This document shows, piece by piece, positions 48,783 to 58,049 of a stretch of DNA of 64,000 nt. Position 1 is the stretch's first letter. Every line of letters begins with the position of its first letter. Below the pieces are notes generated by a model. The model had not been told where the DNA came from, did not search any database, and worked only from the letters and a program-made list of their open reading frames with translations. Source of the DNA: an uncultured Gammaproteobacteria bacterium (GTDB taxonomy: Bacteria > Patescibacteriota > Microgenomatia > Levybacterales > JACOYD01); contig CAYUJR010000002.1 in assembly GCA_964445095.1 (NCBI GenBank), positions 5,176-69,175 of the forward strand, written 5' to 3'. A program made the translations under genes and the position numbers.

Positions 48783-48811
48783 ATCATAACAAAAACAACA
48801 AAAATAGTCAA
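48783..48811 (-). promoter_or_regulatory. pyrG promoter (leaderless type)
   Basis: TTGACT-17-TATGAT ending 5 nt before the ATG. Confidence 0.65.
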
Positions 48812-48847
48812 GAGAAAAAAACCAAGGGATCAGAGGTGTTTAGACAT

Positions 48848-49537
48848 TTATTTACTTAAAATTTCAGAATGCATTACTCTAAAGGCCTGTGAGCTTCCGT
48901 CTTTAACAAATATTTCGGGTATCACTCCTAAGGGGGAAAGAGAAAGACTCTGCTTATGATAATCTACTTTAGTAGGTATACCATGGAGCGGAACACTAAA
49001 AGACCCACCAGCTTCTGATTCTAAAGCTGCCGTTACCCCTCCATTAGTAGCTGGTACGTTTATATATGGTTTGCCATCAATTAAAATATTTTCTAGATTT
49101 CTCTTGTCGTTCAAATACACTGCCGTAAAATTGCCGTCCAAACCTGATCGATAAATCAACCACGCTTGCCCTTTTTGATGATCAATTGCTTCCCAGGGGT
49201 TATTAACGATCTCTACTAAAGTACCACTGCCGCCTTTGTATCCCACAGCGGGACCAGTTTGAATATCATCTGAATATGCTGGGGAAGCAAACCATCTTAA
49301 TCTTGTAGCTCCTTTATTAATTGTCACAACTCCTCTAACTATTTCTAATGGTTGTCCAGGTTTTATCCTTTCTCTCATTAGTTCTTGAAATCTAATTGCT
49401 TCTGGGGGTAATTGTTCTTCCTGACGATATGCAAGACATGATGTCACTAGCAACGGAGAAACTACAACTAAACTACCTCCTAGTGAGAGTTTTTGTAAAA
49501 ATTTTCTTCGTGTGCTTCCGCGTTCCAACACCTGCAT
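48848..49537 (-). CDS. Exported orphan protein, twin-arginine-like N-terminus, possible lipoprotein
   Basis: STRRKFL + hydrophobic stretch + LVTSC; own promoter TTGACA-18-TATAAT. Confidence 0.7.
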   Translation of the reverse strand: MQVLERGSTRRKFLQKLSLGGSLVVVSPLLVTSCLAYRQEEQLPPEAIRFQELMRERIKPGQPLEIVRGVVTINKGATRLRWFASPAYSDDIQTGPAVGYKGGSGTLVEIVNNPWEAIDHQKGQAWLIYRSGLDGNFTAVYLNDKRNLENILIDGKPYINVPATNGGVTAALESEAGGSFSVPLHGIPTKVDYHKQSLSLSPLGVIPEIFVKDGSSQAFRVMHSEILSK

Positions 49538-49595
49538 AAGTAGAAGTATTATATCACACTATATCACATCTTGTCAAATAAAATGGTTATTGGCC

Positions 49596-50780
49596 TCATT
49601 TTAACTCAAAAGGTACTCTCACCATAGAATGAGGATTATCCCATATTCCTCGAGAGTAGACCAAAACTCCAGTTCTATCCGTAATTTGATCTGTAGGTTT
49701 ATTTAAAGACCAAAGGCTCGGATTACTGGCCCATAACTGACCTCTTTTATGAGGATATTGCCCTTGAGGAAATTTTAAGATAAGCTTAGCCTCGTCCCAG
49801 GTTAAACCATCGTTTGAAGTAGTTACGCAAAATCCAACATGCGTTTCAAAAACAGCCAGGTATTTACCTAAATAGGTATTATAGCTTACACTAGGGAGTG
49901 CGGCATACCCACTCTCCGCTATATCGGCTGGTATAGGAATAACTGGTGATACAGTAGTGGGGGAAACTTCAACTCCTTTTTGAAAACCATTTTTTGTATA
50001 ATGTTCGAAGGCTCCAACATTATCCCCTTTTACCTCTGTTCTAGAAAGGTGAATTTGATATTCTCGCCCTTCATGAGAAGGCCAATAAATATAATAAACA
50101 TAGACAAATCGCTTATCCCCTTCCTCTTTAATAATCGCACAAGGTTGACCTACTCCAGTAACATTTTTTCCAGGTTGTAATGCATCAGCTGCTTTTAAAG
50201 CAACTCCTTTATCCAACCAATTTTTTCCTCCATCAACTGATTCTAAAATACCAATAGTACTCGTGAAGTTACGATAATCTAAAGAACCATCTCTATTTGC
50301 CCATTGTTCATTGTGGGTTATCCCAAAAAGATGATTAGGATTTTCCTTGTTTAACTGAAGGATGCTTGTAATTGCAGTATATCCATTTCTATATTCCCCC
50401 CCCCTATCAGGGCCAACCACAGGTATGGCTTGTCCTTGCTGGTTACGTTCTCTTGGTATAAATAGACTTCCTTTATCTTCTAGCATGGCGAACGAAGCTG
50501 CATTTCCAGAAACATAATATTCCCGCCTTCCATCGGGAAAAGTTATATAAGGAATATGGCCGTCGGGAGTCCAGTTGATACCATATTTTGACAGCTGAAT
50601 TGGTTCCTCTTTACCAAGCATCATCAAATCATTTTCCGGAGTTTCAAATCCTCCTCTGGTTGACCGTTCATTAACAAGCAGTGCGCCTCGTCCTAGAGCA
50701 ACAGCTCCCAATCCAATCGCTCCCCATTTAATTGCAGTTCGTCGAGTTATTTGAAGTCGTTTAGGTGTATCTTCTGCCAT
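49596..50780 (-). CDS. Exported beta-propeller protein (glycoside hydrolase/sialidase-like)
   Basis: ITRRTAI + TM; Asp-box-like SVDGGKNW and SNDGLTWD. Confidence 0.65.
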   Translation of the reverse strand: MAEDTPKRLQITRRTAIKWGAIGLGAVALGRGALLVNERSTRGGFETPENDLMMLGKEEPIQLSKYGINWTPDGHIPYITFPDGRREYYVSGNAASFAMLEDKGSLFIPRERNQQGQAIPVVGPDRGGEYRNGYTAITSILQLNKENPNHLFGITHNEQWANRDGSLDYRNFTSTIGILESVDGGKNWLDKGVALKAADALQPGKNVTGVGQPCAIIKEEGDKRFVYVYYIYWPSHEGREYQIHLSRTEVKGDNVGAFEHYTKNGFQKGVEVSPTTVSPVIPIPADIAESGYAALPSVSYNTYLGKYLAVFETHVGFCVTTSNDGLTWDEAKLILKFPQGQYPHKRGQLWASNPSLWSLNKPTDQITDRTGVLVYSRGIWDNPHSMVRVPFELK

Positions 50781-53700
50781 ATTTTATTAAATACATTATA
50801 GCCGATATTATGAGCAATAGAAAGCCTAGATACTCGAGGTATTGGGGAAGATAAAGAATGACGAGGCTGGAAGCTGGAGGCTGGAAGCTGGAATTATTCA
50901 GCACCCATCCATTAGCCCAGTTGTTAACTAGGACGTGGTTTTTAATTTCTCTACCAAACACCATTGGTAGTATTTGACATTTGACATTTGACATTTGACA
51001 TTGATACGCTTTCCATCCTGTGTCATAAGACTGGGAAAGAACAAGGACGGGATTATTAATTGTTAAATTGTTAAATTGCTCAATTGTTATGGAATAAAGA
51101 CTGGGGTTGGGGTGATTGACCTCGAGCTCGGTTAATCTGACAGGAAACTGGTTAGTGCTTGATTTTTTCAAAACCAGACCGGTTAGGAATTTATAGGGGA
51201 TGGGGTTGACAGTAATTTTACCCAGTTCATTAGTGGATTTTTCTTTACCGATTGAGACATTGTCAAAATGGAGGACGTATCCTACCCCGTCTTTTTCCAT
51301 GGGAGGCTGGATAAAATAGCTAGACGCTAAATGCTTGCTGCTAGACGCTGGTAAATAAGTTTCAATGTCGGCACGTCTCGAGTTGGGGTTTTCCAGCCAA
51401 AAAAGAATAGGGCGACCAGAGATGTTTTTAGTTTCCGCTGTAATAAGGTAGGCCATGTCATGCGTCAAATTGGGTAGATTAAAAGCGGTACAGTTACTGT
51501 TATTTATTAACGTCAATCGCAAGAAGCCGCGGACAACATTGTCGCAATTGACAGTAGTCGGTTCAATCTCGGCACTGAAGTAGCCGCCGGCTTTGGGAAC
51601 TTTGACCTCGATATTTTTGCCGTCAAAAAAGACATCAAGCGGCACGGTTTTTGTTTGAGACAAGTCATTGGGGTCAACCCAGGTTAAGATTTGACTACTT
51701 GGTGGTGGCACTTCTAAAACATAGTTGTCGCTACCGGCAGGTAGAGTTTTACTAAAGGCAAAATAATCGCCCCTGTCTTCTACCGTAAATTCTAAATCTT
51801 GTTGGCTCCTGCCCGTAAATAAACTCCTAAATGGATAGTAAAAACTGGAAGCTGGAGATTGGATGCTAGAAGCTAGATAATAACCATTATCATTAAAGGC
51901 GCGGTCGTAATTATTCCATTTGTAAATGGGGCCGGTAGTAGCGAGATTTTCTGCCAAAAAGACAAAGTTGTTAACCGGCGCTTCAAGATTTACTCGATAA
52001 ACTTTAATTTTGCCTGCTTGCGCAGGCGAGCCGAATTGTTGGGTTAGGGTGACTTTATTTGAATTTTTAAGCGTCTCTTCCAATTCATCCAGATAAAGCG
52101 CCTTGGAAGAGGGAGGATTAATAATATTTTCATCAACCAGCAGCCACCTGATTTGATATTTTTCAAGGACATTTTCAAGTAACGCAGGATTTTTAGAATA
52201 AACAGCATAAGAAGCTTCCCAATAATAATTCTCATTATATGGAGACCACCGGTCAAATTCCCGATCGAGCAACGGTTGTTTTAAACCAAACCACAAAAAT
52301 CCTGCACCTTCATACTGCCAATCATAGTAAGCCCAGCCCCAAAAAGTATGGACGGGAAATTCGGCAATTCTGCCTGTTGTTTCCTGCTTGTTTAACCAGT
52401 TAAACATAGCAAAATACTCCTTTGGTATTTGTACTTTCATGCTATGACTGATTAAGTTTCCTTTAAATGCTGGCCACATATAATAAACAAGGGCAATTAA
52501 TATAGTTAAAGCTTGTAGTAAATAAAGTATTCGTTCTTTTTTTACCCTTTTAATTAATAGTCCAGTTAGCCAATTCAAGGCAACTGCAAAATAAACGGTG
52601 TAAGCAAAGAGTAGTAAAATAGAAAATTTAGTAAAGGGAAAGCGGAGAGCCTCTCTAAAAAAGGGGACCTCATTTTGTAAAAAGGCAAAAATTTCTCTAA
52701 AAAGCGGCAGATCATTAGCAATAAATAAAAACGAGACAATAAAAACAGGTAAAATTGCTAAACCATACTTTTCTTGTCTGCGAAATACTATAGCTATTCC
52801 TCTTAAAACTAAAGTAAAAATACCGTAAGCAATAAAATTTGCAATCGGGCTATTTAGATGTGGAGTCCACTCATCAAATAAACTAATAGATTCTTGTTTT
52901 TTGTCATCATATTCTCCCCAGTCAAATAAAAAGTTTTTCAAAATTGCCGTGTCTTTGATGGTGCCAAATTGTCTGCCAGTTAAAAAAGCTTTTTCCGAGA
53001 ATTGAGTATGAATTTTTGAGTCGACTACATCCTTGCCGTGACTTGCAACAAAATAAATATTAGGCAATAACCAGAAGCTATTTAATACGAGAGTGGTCAG
53101 TAGAATTAACAAAGCTCGCCGAATAGTCTCCTTGAAAGAGAAAAAGGCTAAAGTACTAATATATAATAGTAAACCCAAAAAATAGGCATAAAAAAGCGTG
53201 GCGGTGTGGGCCATAGAGGTTGACAGAATAGTTATTAATGAGAAAAATATCAGATTTCTGCTTGTTCCATTCTCTAAATATTTACTGGTAAAAAGAAATA
53301 GCCAGGGAAGGGTGGCAAAGTGGGTGGCAAACATCTCCAGCGGTACATAATAATGTTGAAGGGTAGCTAGATTTAAAAGATATAGCAGAGCTCCACTAAA
53401 AGCGGCTGTTTGGCCAGCTATGCGGGGCAAGTTTTTTAAAATAACCCGTTCTAGAAAAAAGTAAGTCCCCAGCGTGCCAGCAATTAGAGTCAAGAAAAAA
53501 TAGCCGTAGCGCAAAAATGAGTCGGGAAGAATAAGCGAAGATAAATAATAAATAAACATTCGGGGAAGCTCCGAAGCATGGGCTTGCGAAGCAACAGCCC
53601 CCAGTCCTTGATGTTCTTGCCAAACACCAAAGAAAATTCGTTTAAAATAAAGTCCAAAGTCAAACTCCGGATGTAGCGTATCCCAACCGGAAAGATAAGT

Positions 53701-53793
53701 GCCAGGCGAATAATTTACCCAACAAATAATAACAGTAAGAATAAATAATGCTAAAGGAAAAATATTTCTTTTAAATATTGGAGATATTCGCAT
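50761..53793 (-). CDS. Large polytopic GT-C-like membrane protein (YfhO/AftD-like architecture)
   Basis: Many N-terminal TMs, N.FWLLP, LRFP.TKF, large soluble domain, C-terminal SQSYD.GW, H..VN.WANGW and final TM. Confidence 0.75.
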   Translation of the reverse strand: MRISPIFKRNIFPLALFILTVIICWVNYSPGTYLSGWDTLHPEFDFGLYFKRIFFGVWQEHQGLGAVASQAHASELPRMFIYYLSSLILPDSFLRYGYFFLTLIAGTLGTYFFLERVILKNLPRIAGQTAAFSGALLYLLNLATLQHYYVPLEMFATHFATLPWLFLFTSKYLENGTSRNLIFFSLITILSTSMAHTATLFYAYFLGLLLYISTLAFFSFKETIRRALLILLTTLVLNSFWLLPNIYFVASHGKDVVDSKIHTQFSEKAFLTGRQFGTIKDTAILKNFLFDWGEYDDKKQESISLFDEWTPHLNSPIANFIAYGIFTLVLRGIAIVFRRQEKYGLAILPVFIVSFLFIANDLPLFREIFAFLQNEVPFFREALRFPFTKFSILLLFAYTVYFAVALNWLTGLLIKRVKKERILYLLQALTILIALVYYMWPAFKGNLISHSMKVQIPKEYFAMFNWLNKQETTGRIAEFPVHTFWGWAYYDWQYEGAGFLWFGLKQPLLDREFDRWSPYNENYYWEASYAVYSKNPALLENVLEKYQIRWLLVDENIINPPSSKALYLDELEETLKNSNKVTLTQQFGSPAQAGKIKVYRVNLEAPVNNFVFLAENLATTGPIYKWNNYDRAFNDNGYYLASSIQSPASSFYYPFRSLFTGRSQQDLEFTVEDRGDYFAFSKTLPAGSDNYVLEVPPPSSQILTWVDPNDLSQTKTVPLDVFFDGKNIEVKVPKAGGYFSAEIEPTTVNCDNVVRGFLRLTLINNSNCTAFNLPNLTHDMAYLITAETKNISGRPILFWLENPNSRRADIETYLPASSSKHLASSYFIQPPMEKDGVGYVLHFDNVSIGKEKSTNELGKITVNPIPYKFLTGLVLKKSSTNQFPVRLTELEVNHPNPSLYSITIEQFNNLTINNPVLVLSQSYDTGWKAYQCQMSNVKCQILPMVFGREIKNHVLVNNWANGWVLNNSSFQPPASSLVILYLPQYLEYLGFLLLIISAIMYLIKYGRRYT
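50866..52027 (-). repeat. Six micro-repeat/palindrome segments in the 3' part of the 1010-aa gene
   Basis: Plus-strand reads: (GCTGGAR)4 50866-50893, (ATTTGAC)4 50972-50999, 8-mer x4 51057-51088, GCTAGAC-like x5 51319-51353, GCTGGAG/GCTAGAA-like x5 51844-51878, hairpin GCCTGC-TTGC-GCAGGC 52012-52027. Confidence 0.85.
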
Positions 53794-53801
53794 ATTGTAA
53801 G

Positions 53802-54716
53802 TTAAGTTTTTATTGCACTGGGTGTACTAGGTATTATTGGATTTTGGAATGGAGTTGTTAAAATTTTAGTGTATATAAAGTAATAAAGATTATTAACAGT
53901 CTGCGGTGGGAAAAATTCCGATAACGCTTCAGCGAAAAAATTATAACCGTGAAGTGCGTATTTTATTATATCAAAAACAAATCGACTATCACGATATCTT
54001 TCTAAGTCTGAAGGCGTCAGGTTATCGCCGCTTCTTCCTCTGCTAGGACGACCTAAAGTTGACGACATATCTGAGTAGAACTTACATTTTTCTTGTACTT
54101 CAGGCTCCAGTCTATCACAACCGCCGCTTTCTAGAGCTCGTTTATTAAAAATACTGTATTTTTCTTCAATCCTTTGATATAACTCGCCCTCCGGATTTCT
54201 TAACTCTGAAAGTTTTTTACCTAATATTCTCTCAACGTTTAGTACCCATGGCGTCCAACCTGCAGGGCTAAGACCATCAGGATGATTTCTTGGTATCCAG
54301 AGATCCACCAACTTTTCAAGAAATGTTTCATGAAATCGAAATTGTGGATAGTTTTCAGGTAAAAATTGGTCTGGGAATATTTGTATAGCATACTCGTGTG
54401 GAGATAAATATTCACCTCTATTTTCCCTAATTATTTTTAAACGCAAACCCTTAGATTCGTTTCTGTAAAAGTGACGGGGAATTCTGTCTAAAGATGATTC
54501 CAATAGATCGAGCTCCTGTTTATGCCAGTAGCCTGCACGAACATCTGCAGAAAAATTAATATCAAATCTTATTGCAATCTCACGTTCTAGTTGTTGCACT
54601 GTTTGAAGCTCTGTAGGTTCTCTAAAGACATGAAAATTCTCTACGGCTTTTCCTACAGCTAAACCTGCCAAACTTGCTGATGCTCCAATAATTAACTCTC
54701 TTCGTGTGAATGGCAT
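53802..54716 (-). CDS. Exported orphan protein, twin-arginine-like N-terminus
   Basis: FTRRELI + hydrophobic helix. Confidence 0.7.
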   Translation of the reverse strand: MPFTRRELIIGASASLAGLAVGKAVENFHVFREPTELQTVQQLEREIAIRFDINFSADVRAGYWHKQELDLLESSLDRIPRHFYRNESKGLRLKIIRENRGEYLSPHEYAIQIFPDQFLPENYPQFRFHETFLEKLVDLWIPRNHPDGLSPAGWTPWVLNVERILGKKLSELRNPEGELYQRIEEKYSIFNKRALESGGCDRLEPEVQEKCKFYSDMSSTLGRPSRGRSGDNLTPSDLERYRDSRFVFDIIKYALHGYNFFAEALSEFFPPQTVNNLYYFIYTKILTTPFQNPIIPSTPSAIKT

Positions 54717-56344
54717 AGACGAAGTATAGCATACTATAAGTCTTTTATCAAGGTGATTTCATAGATGGATAAATTATCTCCATCAGGTAAGGAGTATTGT
54801 TTAATTAGCTTTACTTTCTCAGGGTAAGAATGAATTAAATATTCTTTTAATTGTTTTAGGATAGATAAATGACGTAGCACACCTTCTGGGCCAAAGCTTT
54901 CATTTGGAATCAAAACGTAATCAAAATAAGCTAAATATGCCTTCATTTTTGATGTTTCAGTAAACGGGTTTAAATTGTAAGGAGCCCTAAATTTTATGGA
55001 AGTATTTCTCTGTTTTCTCTGATGTAGTTCTAAATTCATTGCATTAAGCTCACTTTTATCGACTAAAACTAAAACTTTTATGAGCTCATTCGAATTTATT
55101 GAGCTTAAGTCAGCAATAATTTGCTTGTGGGGCCAGACCGTTGTTTCATGTTTCGGGGCCAAATATTGACTGGTGTTTTTACCCAAGTTAATATAGTCAA
55201 TCCAACCGACTATAGGAAGCTTAACTGCTCTTTGATAGTCAACTATTTTGGGATTGAAAGGAAAGCCAAAAGACAGACTAAAGAAATATAGAAAAAAATA
55301 TAGGCCAACGAATAGACTTATCAAAATACCCCAAAATTTTATAGCATTAATTATTTTTAATAACAGAAAGCCAATAGCCATTGAGGCAAAAGGTAATATA
55401 GGTAAAATATAGCGCGGGTCCTTATTGGGAATAAAGGTAAAAATGAGATAAATAGAGAATATAACTACGGTAATTAAAATACCCTTTTCTCTTTTGGTAT
55501 AAATAAGCACCGGAATAGCTACCAAAAGTAGGATTATTCCTAGCCAGGTTAAATGAAAGTTAACTAAAATCGACAAATAATAAGTAAAATTTGGTATACT
55601 TAATAGCGCCTGAGGATCAACTGCTTCAGCTGTAAAACTGACTTTTGCCCGGTTTAATATATTAGTAAAATTAATAAGATACCAGGGTAAACTGATTAAG
55701 GCAACTGTGCCTAACGATATGAACAAGTTTTTTAGATGAATTTTTTTAAGCGAAATTATAATAGGAATTAATAAATAAACTATTGCTACCCATTTTGTTA
55801 GCAGAGCAAAGCTTAAGAAAATTGTTGCTAATAATGAAGTTCTTAGATTCGCAAATTTTTTTGATTTTTCCAGGAAATATAAACTACCTAAAATCAAGGC
55901 TATCAGCGGTATTTCTAGTAAAAAATTCCGGGACTGGCTATAGACAACAGGTAAAAAAGAGAAAAAAAGAGCTGAAAATATGGCTATTTTCCCATCATTA
56001 AAAACTTCTTTGGTGTAAAGATATAAGAAACTTATTGCCATAAGGAAAAACCCAGTTACCACTAAAGGCCCAATTAATAGCAGTGGTCCAGTAAAAATCA
56101 TTATTAATGCAACTATAAGATGTGCTAATGGTGGATAATAATCCGAAATCTGGAAAAAATTAACTTGACCTTGACCTTTAAAGAAATCTACGAGGTCAAA
56201 AGAGATTAGAGTATGGCCTGCTTGATCCCAAGCTAAAGGTGATTTATCAAGTAAGATCCAAATTAAATTAGCCAGAAAATGAAAAGCAAGAAGTAGAAAC
56301 AACGGCATACAAAAAATATATCATACTATAAGTCTTTCGTCAAG
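54712..56344 (-). repeat. Duplicated promoter plus start (25/28 identical core at 54725-54752 and 56317-56344)
   Basis: Minus strand TTGATA/TTGACG-aaagacttatagtatgN-TATACT/TATATT, each followed at equal spacing by ATGCC. Confidence 0.85.
54734..56308 (-). CDS. ArnT/PMT-family (GT-C) membrane glycosyltransferase
   Basis: WDQAGH, YYPPL, S...LLEIP, LLTKW, PWY, NKDPRY..P.LP. Confidence 0.85.
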   Translation of the reverse strand: MPLFLLLAFHFLANLIWILLDKSPLAWDQAGHTLISFDLVDFFKGQGQVNFFQISDYYPPLAHLIVALIMIFTGPLLLIGPLVVTGFFLMAISFLYLYTKEVFNDGKIAIFSALFFSFLPVVYSQSRNFLLEIPLIALILGSLYFLEKSKKFANLRTSLLATIFLSFALLTKWVAIVYLLIPIIISLKKIHLKNLFISLGTVALISLPWYLINFTNILNRAKVSFTAEAVDPQALLSIPNFTYYLSILVNFHLTWLGIILLLVAIPVLIYTKREKGILITVVIFSIYLIFTFIPNKDPRYILPILPFASMAIGFLLLKIINAIKFWGILISLFVGLYFFLYFFSLSFGFPFNPKIVDYQRAVKLPIVGWIDYINLGKNTSQYLAPKHETTVWPHKQIIADLSSINSNELIKVLVLVDKSELNAMNLELHQRKQRNTSIKFRAPYNLNPFTETSKMKAYLAYFDYVLIPNESFGPEGVLRHLSILKQLKEYLIHSYPEKVKLIKQYSLPDGDNLSIYEITLIKDL

Positions 56345-56367
56345 AAGCGATAGGGGAGTTATGCAAA

Positions 56368-56397
56368 CAACCCCGTTTAAAATTTAAAACGGGGTTG
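56368..56397 (-). terminator. Probable intrinsic terminator after 56425..57420
   Basis: CAACCCCGTTT-loop-AAACGGGGTTG hairpin with T-rich tail on minus strand. Confidence 0.6.
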
Positions 56398-56424
56398 CTG
56401 TACTACGATATTTTGGGCAGCGGG

Positions 56425-57420
56425 TTAATAATTCTTAAACTTGGCAGTCCAGCCTTTACCAGCATTTGCAATAGCTTCTTGCAAATTGGCTCCCCGGCCC
56501 GCACTATGTTCCCACACGCCAAAAGCTCTGGTATTTAGATCCAGATAGACAATTGTTACTCTACTGCAACCTTCAAGTCCGCAATTTGAGTCGCTTCTAT
56601 GTGAAGTTGCTACCATTTGCTTAGCTTGACCTTCAGACCAGAAAGCACTATTTTCTGCCTCACTACCTCCCGGATGTCTCATACCTAAGGTGGCCGCAGG
56701 TTGGTAGTCGGTTAACCTTACTATGGTATTTCTTGGGCTATCTTGCTTGCCATCTGGGTAAAGACCTCTAACAACAATTAAGTAGTTTCGACCCTTTTCT
56801 GCTGGTGCTTCGACTTTCATATCAGTACCAGCGATTTCAAAACTTAATTGAGGAGCGCTAAACACCGCCCATCCGCCTTCTGAAGCCAGATATGATGCTG
56901 GTGGGTCAGTAACAAATGAGTGTTGGCTATCTGGACTAAATGGTCTAATATGACCTTTGCTATCCCACATAGTTTGCCACCCATTAGGATTATCTCCCCA
57001 GGGATTATTCTTGCTTTTAGATTCAAAATCTGGTCCCACCCATAAAAAGCCAGGTTCTGCGGCAAAAGCTTCCATGCCCTGACCAAGGCTAGATTTAAAA
57101 CTACCCCGGGCCAGTTCTACGTTACTGGCGCTGTCAGGAATACCAACTGTTTTTACCCCACCCCTATCAACCATCTGAACAGGGTCTTTTTGGTCCGGTG
57201 ATGGAGCAGCCCCAGCTCTATCCGGGAGTGGTGCTCTGCCTCCGCCAGATTGAGTTCTGCTTCTATTTTCTCCAGCTGCGTCTGTCTTTGAAGCTCCTGA
57301 TAATAACCATGCTACACCAGCACCACCACCAAGAGCGCCTAATCCACCAGCTGCTACCAATCCAAGCAGTCTCCTTCTTGATGGCTGAGGTACTTGTCCT
57401 AGTTGTCTTTCTTGTGCCAT
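56425..57420 (-). CDS. Exported orphan protein, twin-arginine-like N-terminus
   Basis: PSRRRLL + Gly/Ala-rich TM, disordered linker, NCG.EGC motif; RBS AAGGGGGTGA. Confidence 0.75.
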   Translation of the reverse strand: MAQERQLGQVPQPSRRRLLGLVAAGGLGALGGGAGVAWLLSGASKTDAAGENRSRTQSGGGRAPLPDRAGAAPSPDQKDPVQMVDRGGVKTVGIPDSASNVELARGSFKSSLGQGMEAFAAEPGFLWVGPDFESKSKNNPWGDNPNGWQTMWDSKGHIRPFSPDSQHSFVTDPPASYLASEGGWAVFSAPQLSFEIAGTDMKVEAPAEKGRNYLIVVRGLYPDGKQDSPRNTIVRLTDYQPAATLGMRHPGGSEAENSAFWSEGQAKQMVATSHRSDSNCGLEGCSRVTIVYLDLNTRAFGVWEHSAGRGANLQEAIANAGKGWTAKFKNY

Positions 57421-57455
57421 TTATCTTTCACCCCCTTTTCCGTTATCAATCCTTA

Positions 57456-58034
57456 TTACGGATAAACGACTCTAGTTTCTCGAATTTTTCCAGTTTGACC
57501 ATCAATAACAACAACGTCAACCGGACCGGTCAGTCCACCACCGTCCCGACCATTTTTATTCGCGGGATCTCTTAGAGAACTAACCCTTTCATCTATAAGT
57601 TCTTGTAACTGGTTTCCATCTAACCGCGTACTGCCATTTGGTTTCGGAGTAACTCCTACCCAATTATATTTTGCTCTTACAACTGGATTAACCTCTGCTC
57701 CTCCATTTGATAAACCAACAGGACCTTCGGCCAATATTAGACTAGCGCGATCCTGACTAGCCCCTTTCCCTACGAACTCTACTCCACGACCGGCAGAGTC
57801 TGTAAAAGTAAAATCCCCAGTAGTAACAGCCACGACATTGCCATCAGCTGTGCTAAGTCCTAATGGTACCTTGTCACCGGGATTTCCTTCTGGAATACCT
57901 ACTGCAGAATAACCCCACTTAATCCACGAACCATCTGCCCGTGCTTCCCTTGACCCTAATCCGACAGCTGCTAATCCTGCGCCTGTTGCTATTGCTGCTC
58001 CTGCCTTTAACGCTTCACGTCTACTAAAACCCAT
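57456..58034 (-). CDS. Exported orphan protein with classical Tat-like signal
   Basis: FSRREALK + h-region + ARA cleavage site; RBS AAGGGGGTGA. Confidence 0.75.
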   Translation of the reverse strand: MGFSRREALKAGAAIATGAGLAAVGLGSREARADGSWIKWGYSAVGIPEGNPGDKVPLGLSTADGNVVAVTTGDFTFTDSAGRGVEFVGKGASQDRASLILAEGPVGLSNGGAEVNPVVRAKYNWVGVTPKPNGSTRLDGNQLQELIDERVSSLRDPANKNGRDGGGLTGPVDVVVIDGQTGKIRETRVVYP

Positions 58035-58049
58035 AATCTTTCACCCCCT

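Noticed and set aside
48790-48847. Possible remnant gene start (MSKHL*SLGFFLLTIF) upstream of pyrG resembling a membrane-protein N-terminus
   Set aside because: Similarity too weak and largely explained by the T-rich pyrG promoter
53802-54716. Zinc metalloprotease call for the orphan
   Set aside because: Only FHETF is present; no complete HExxH motif
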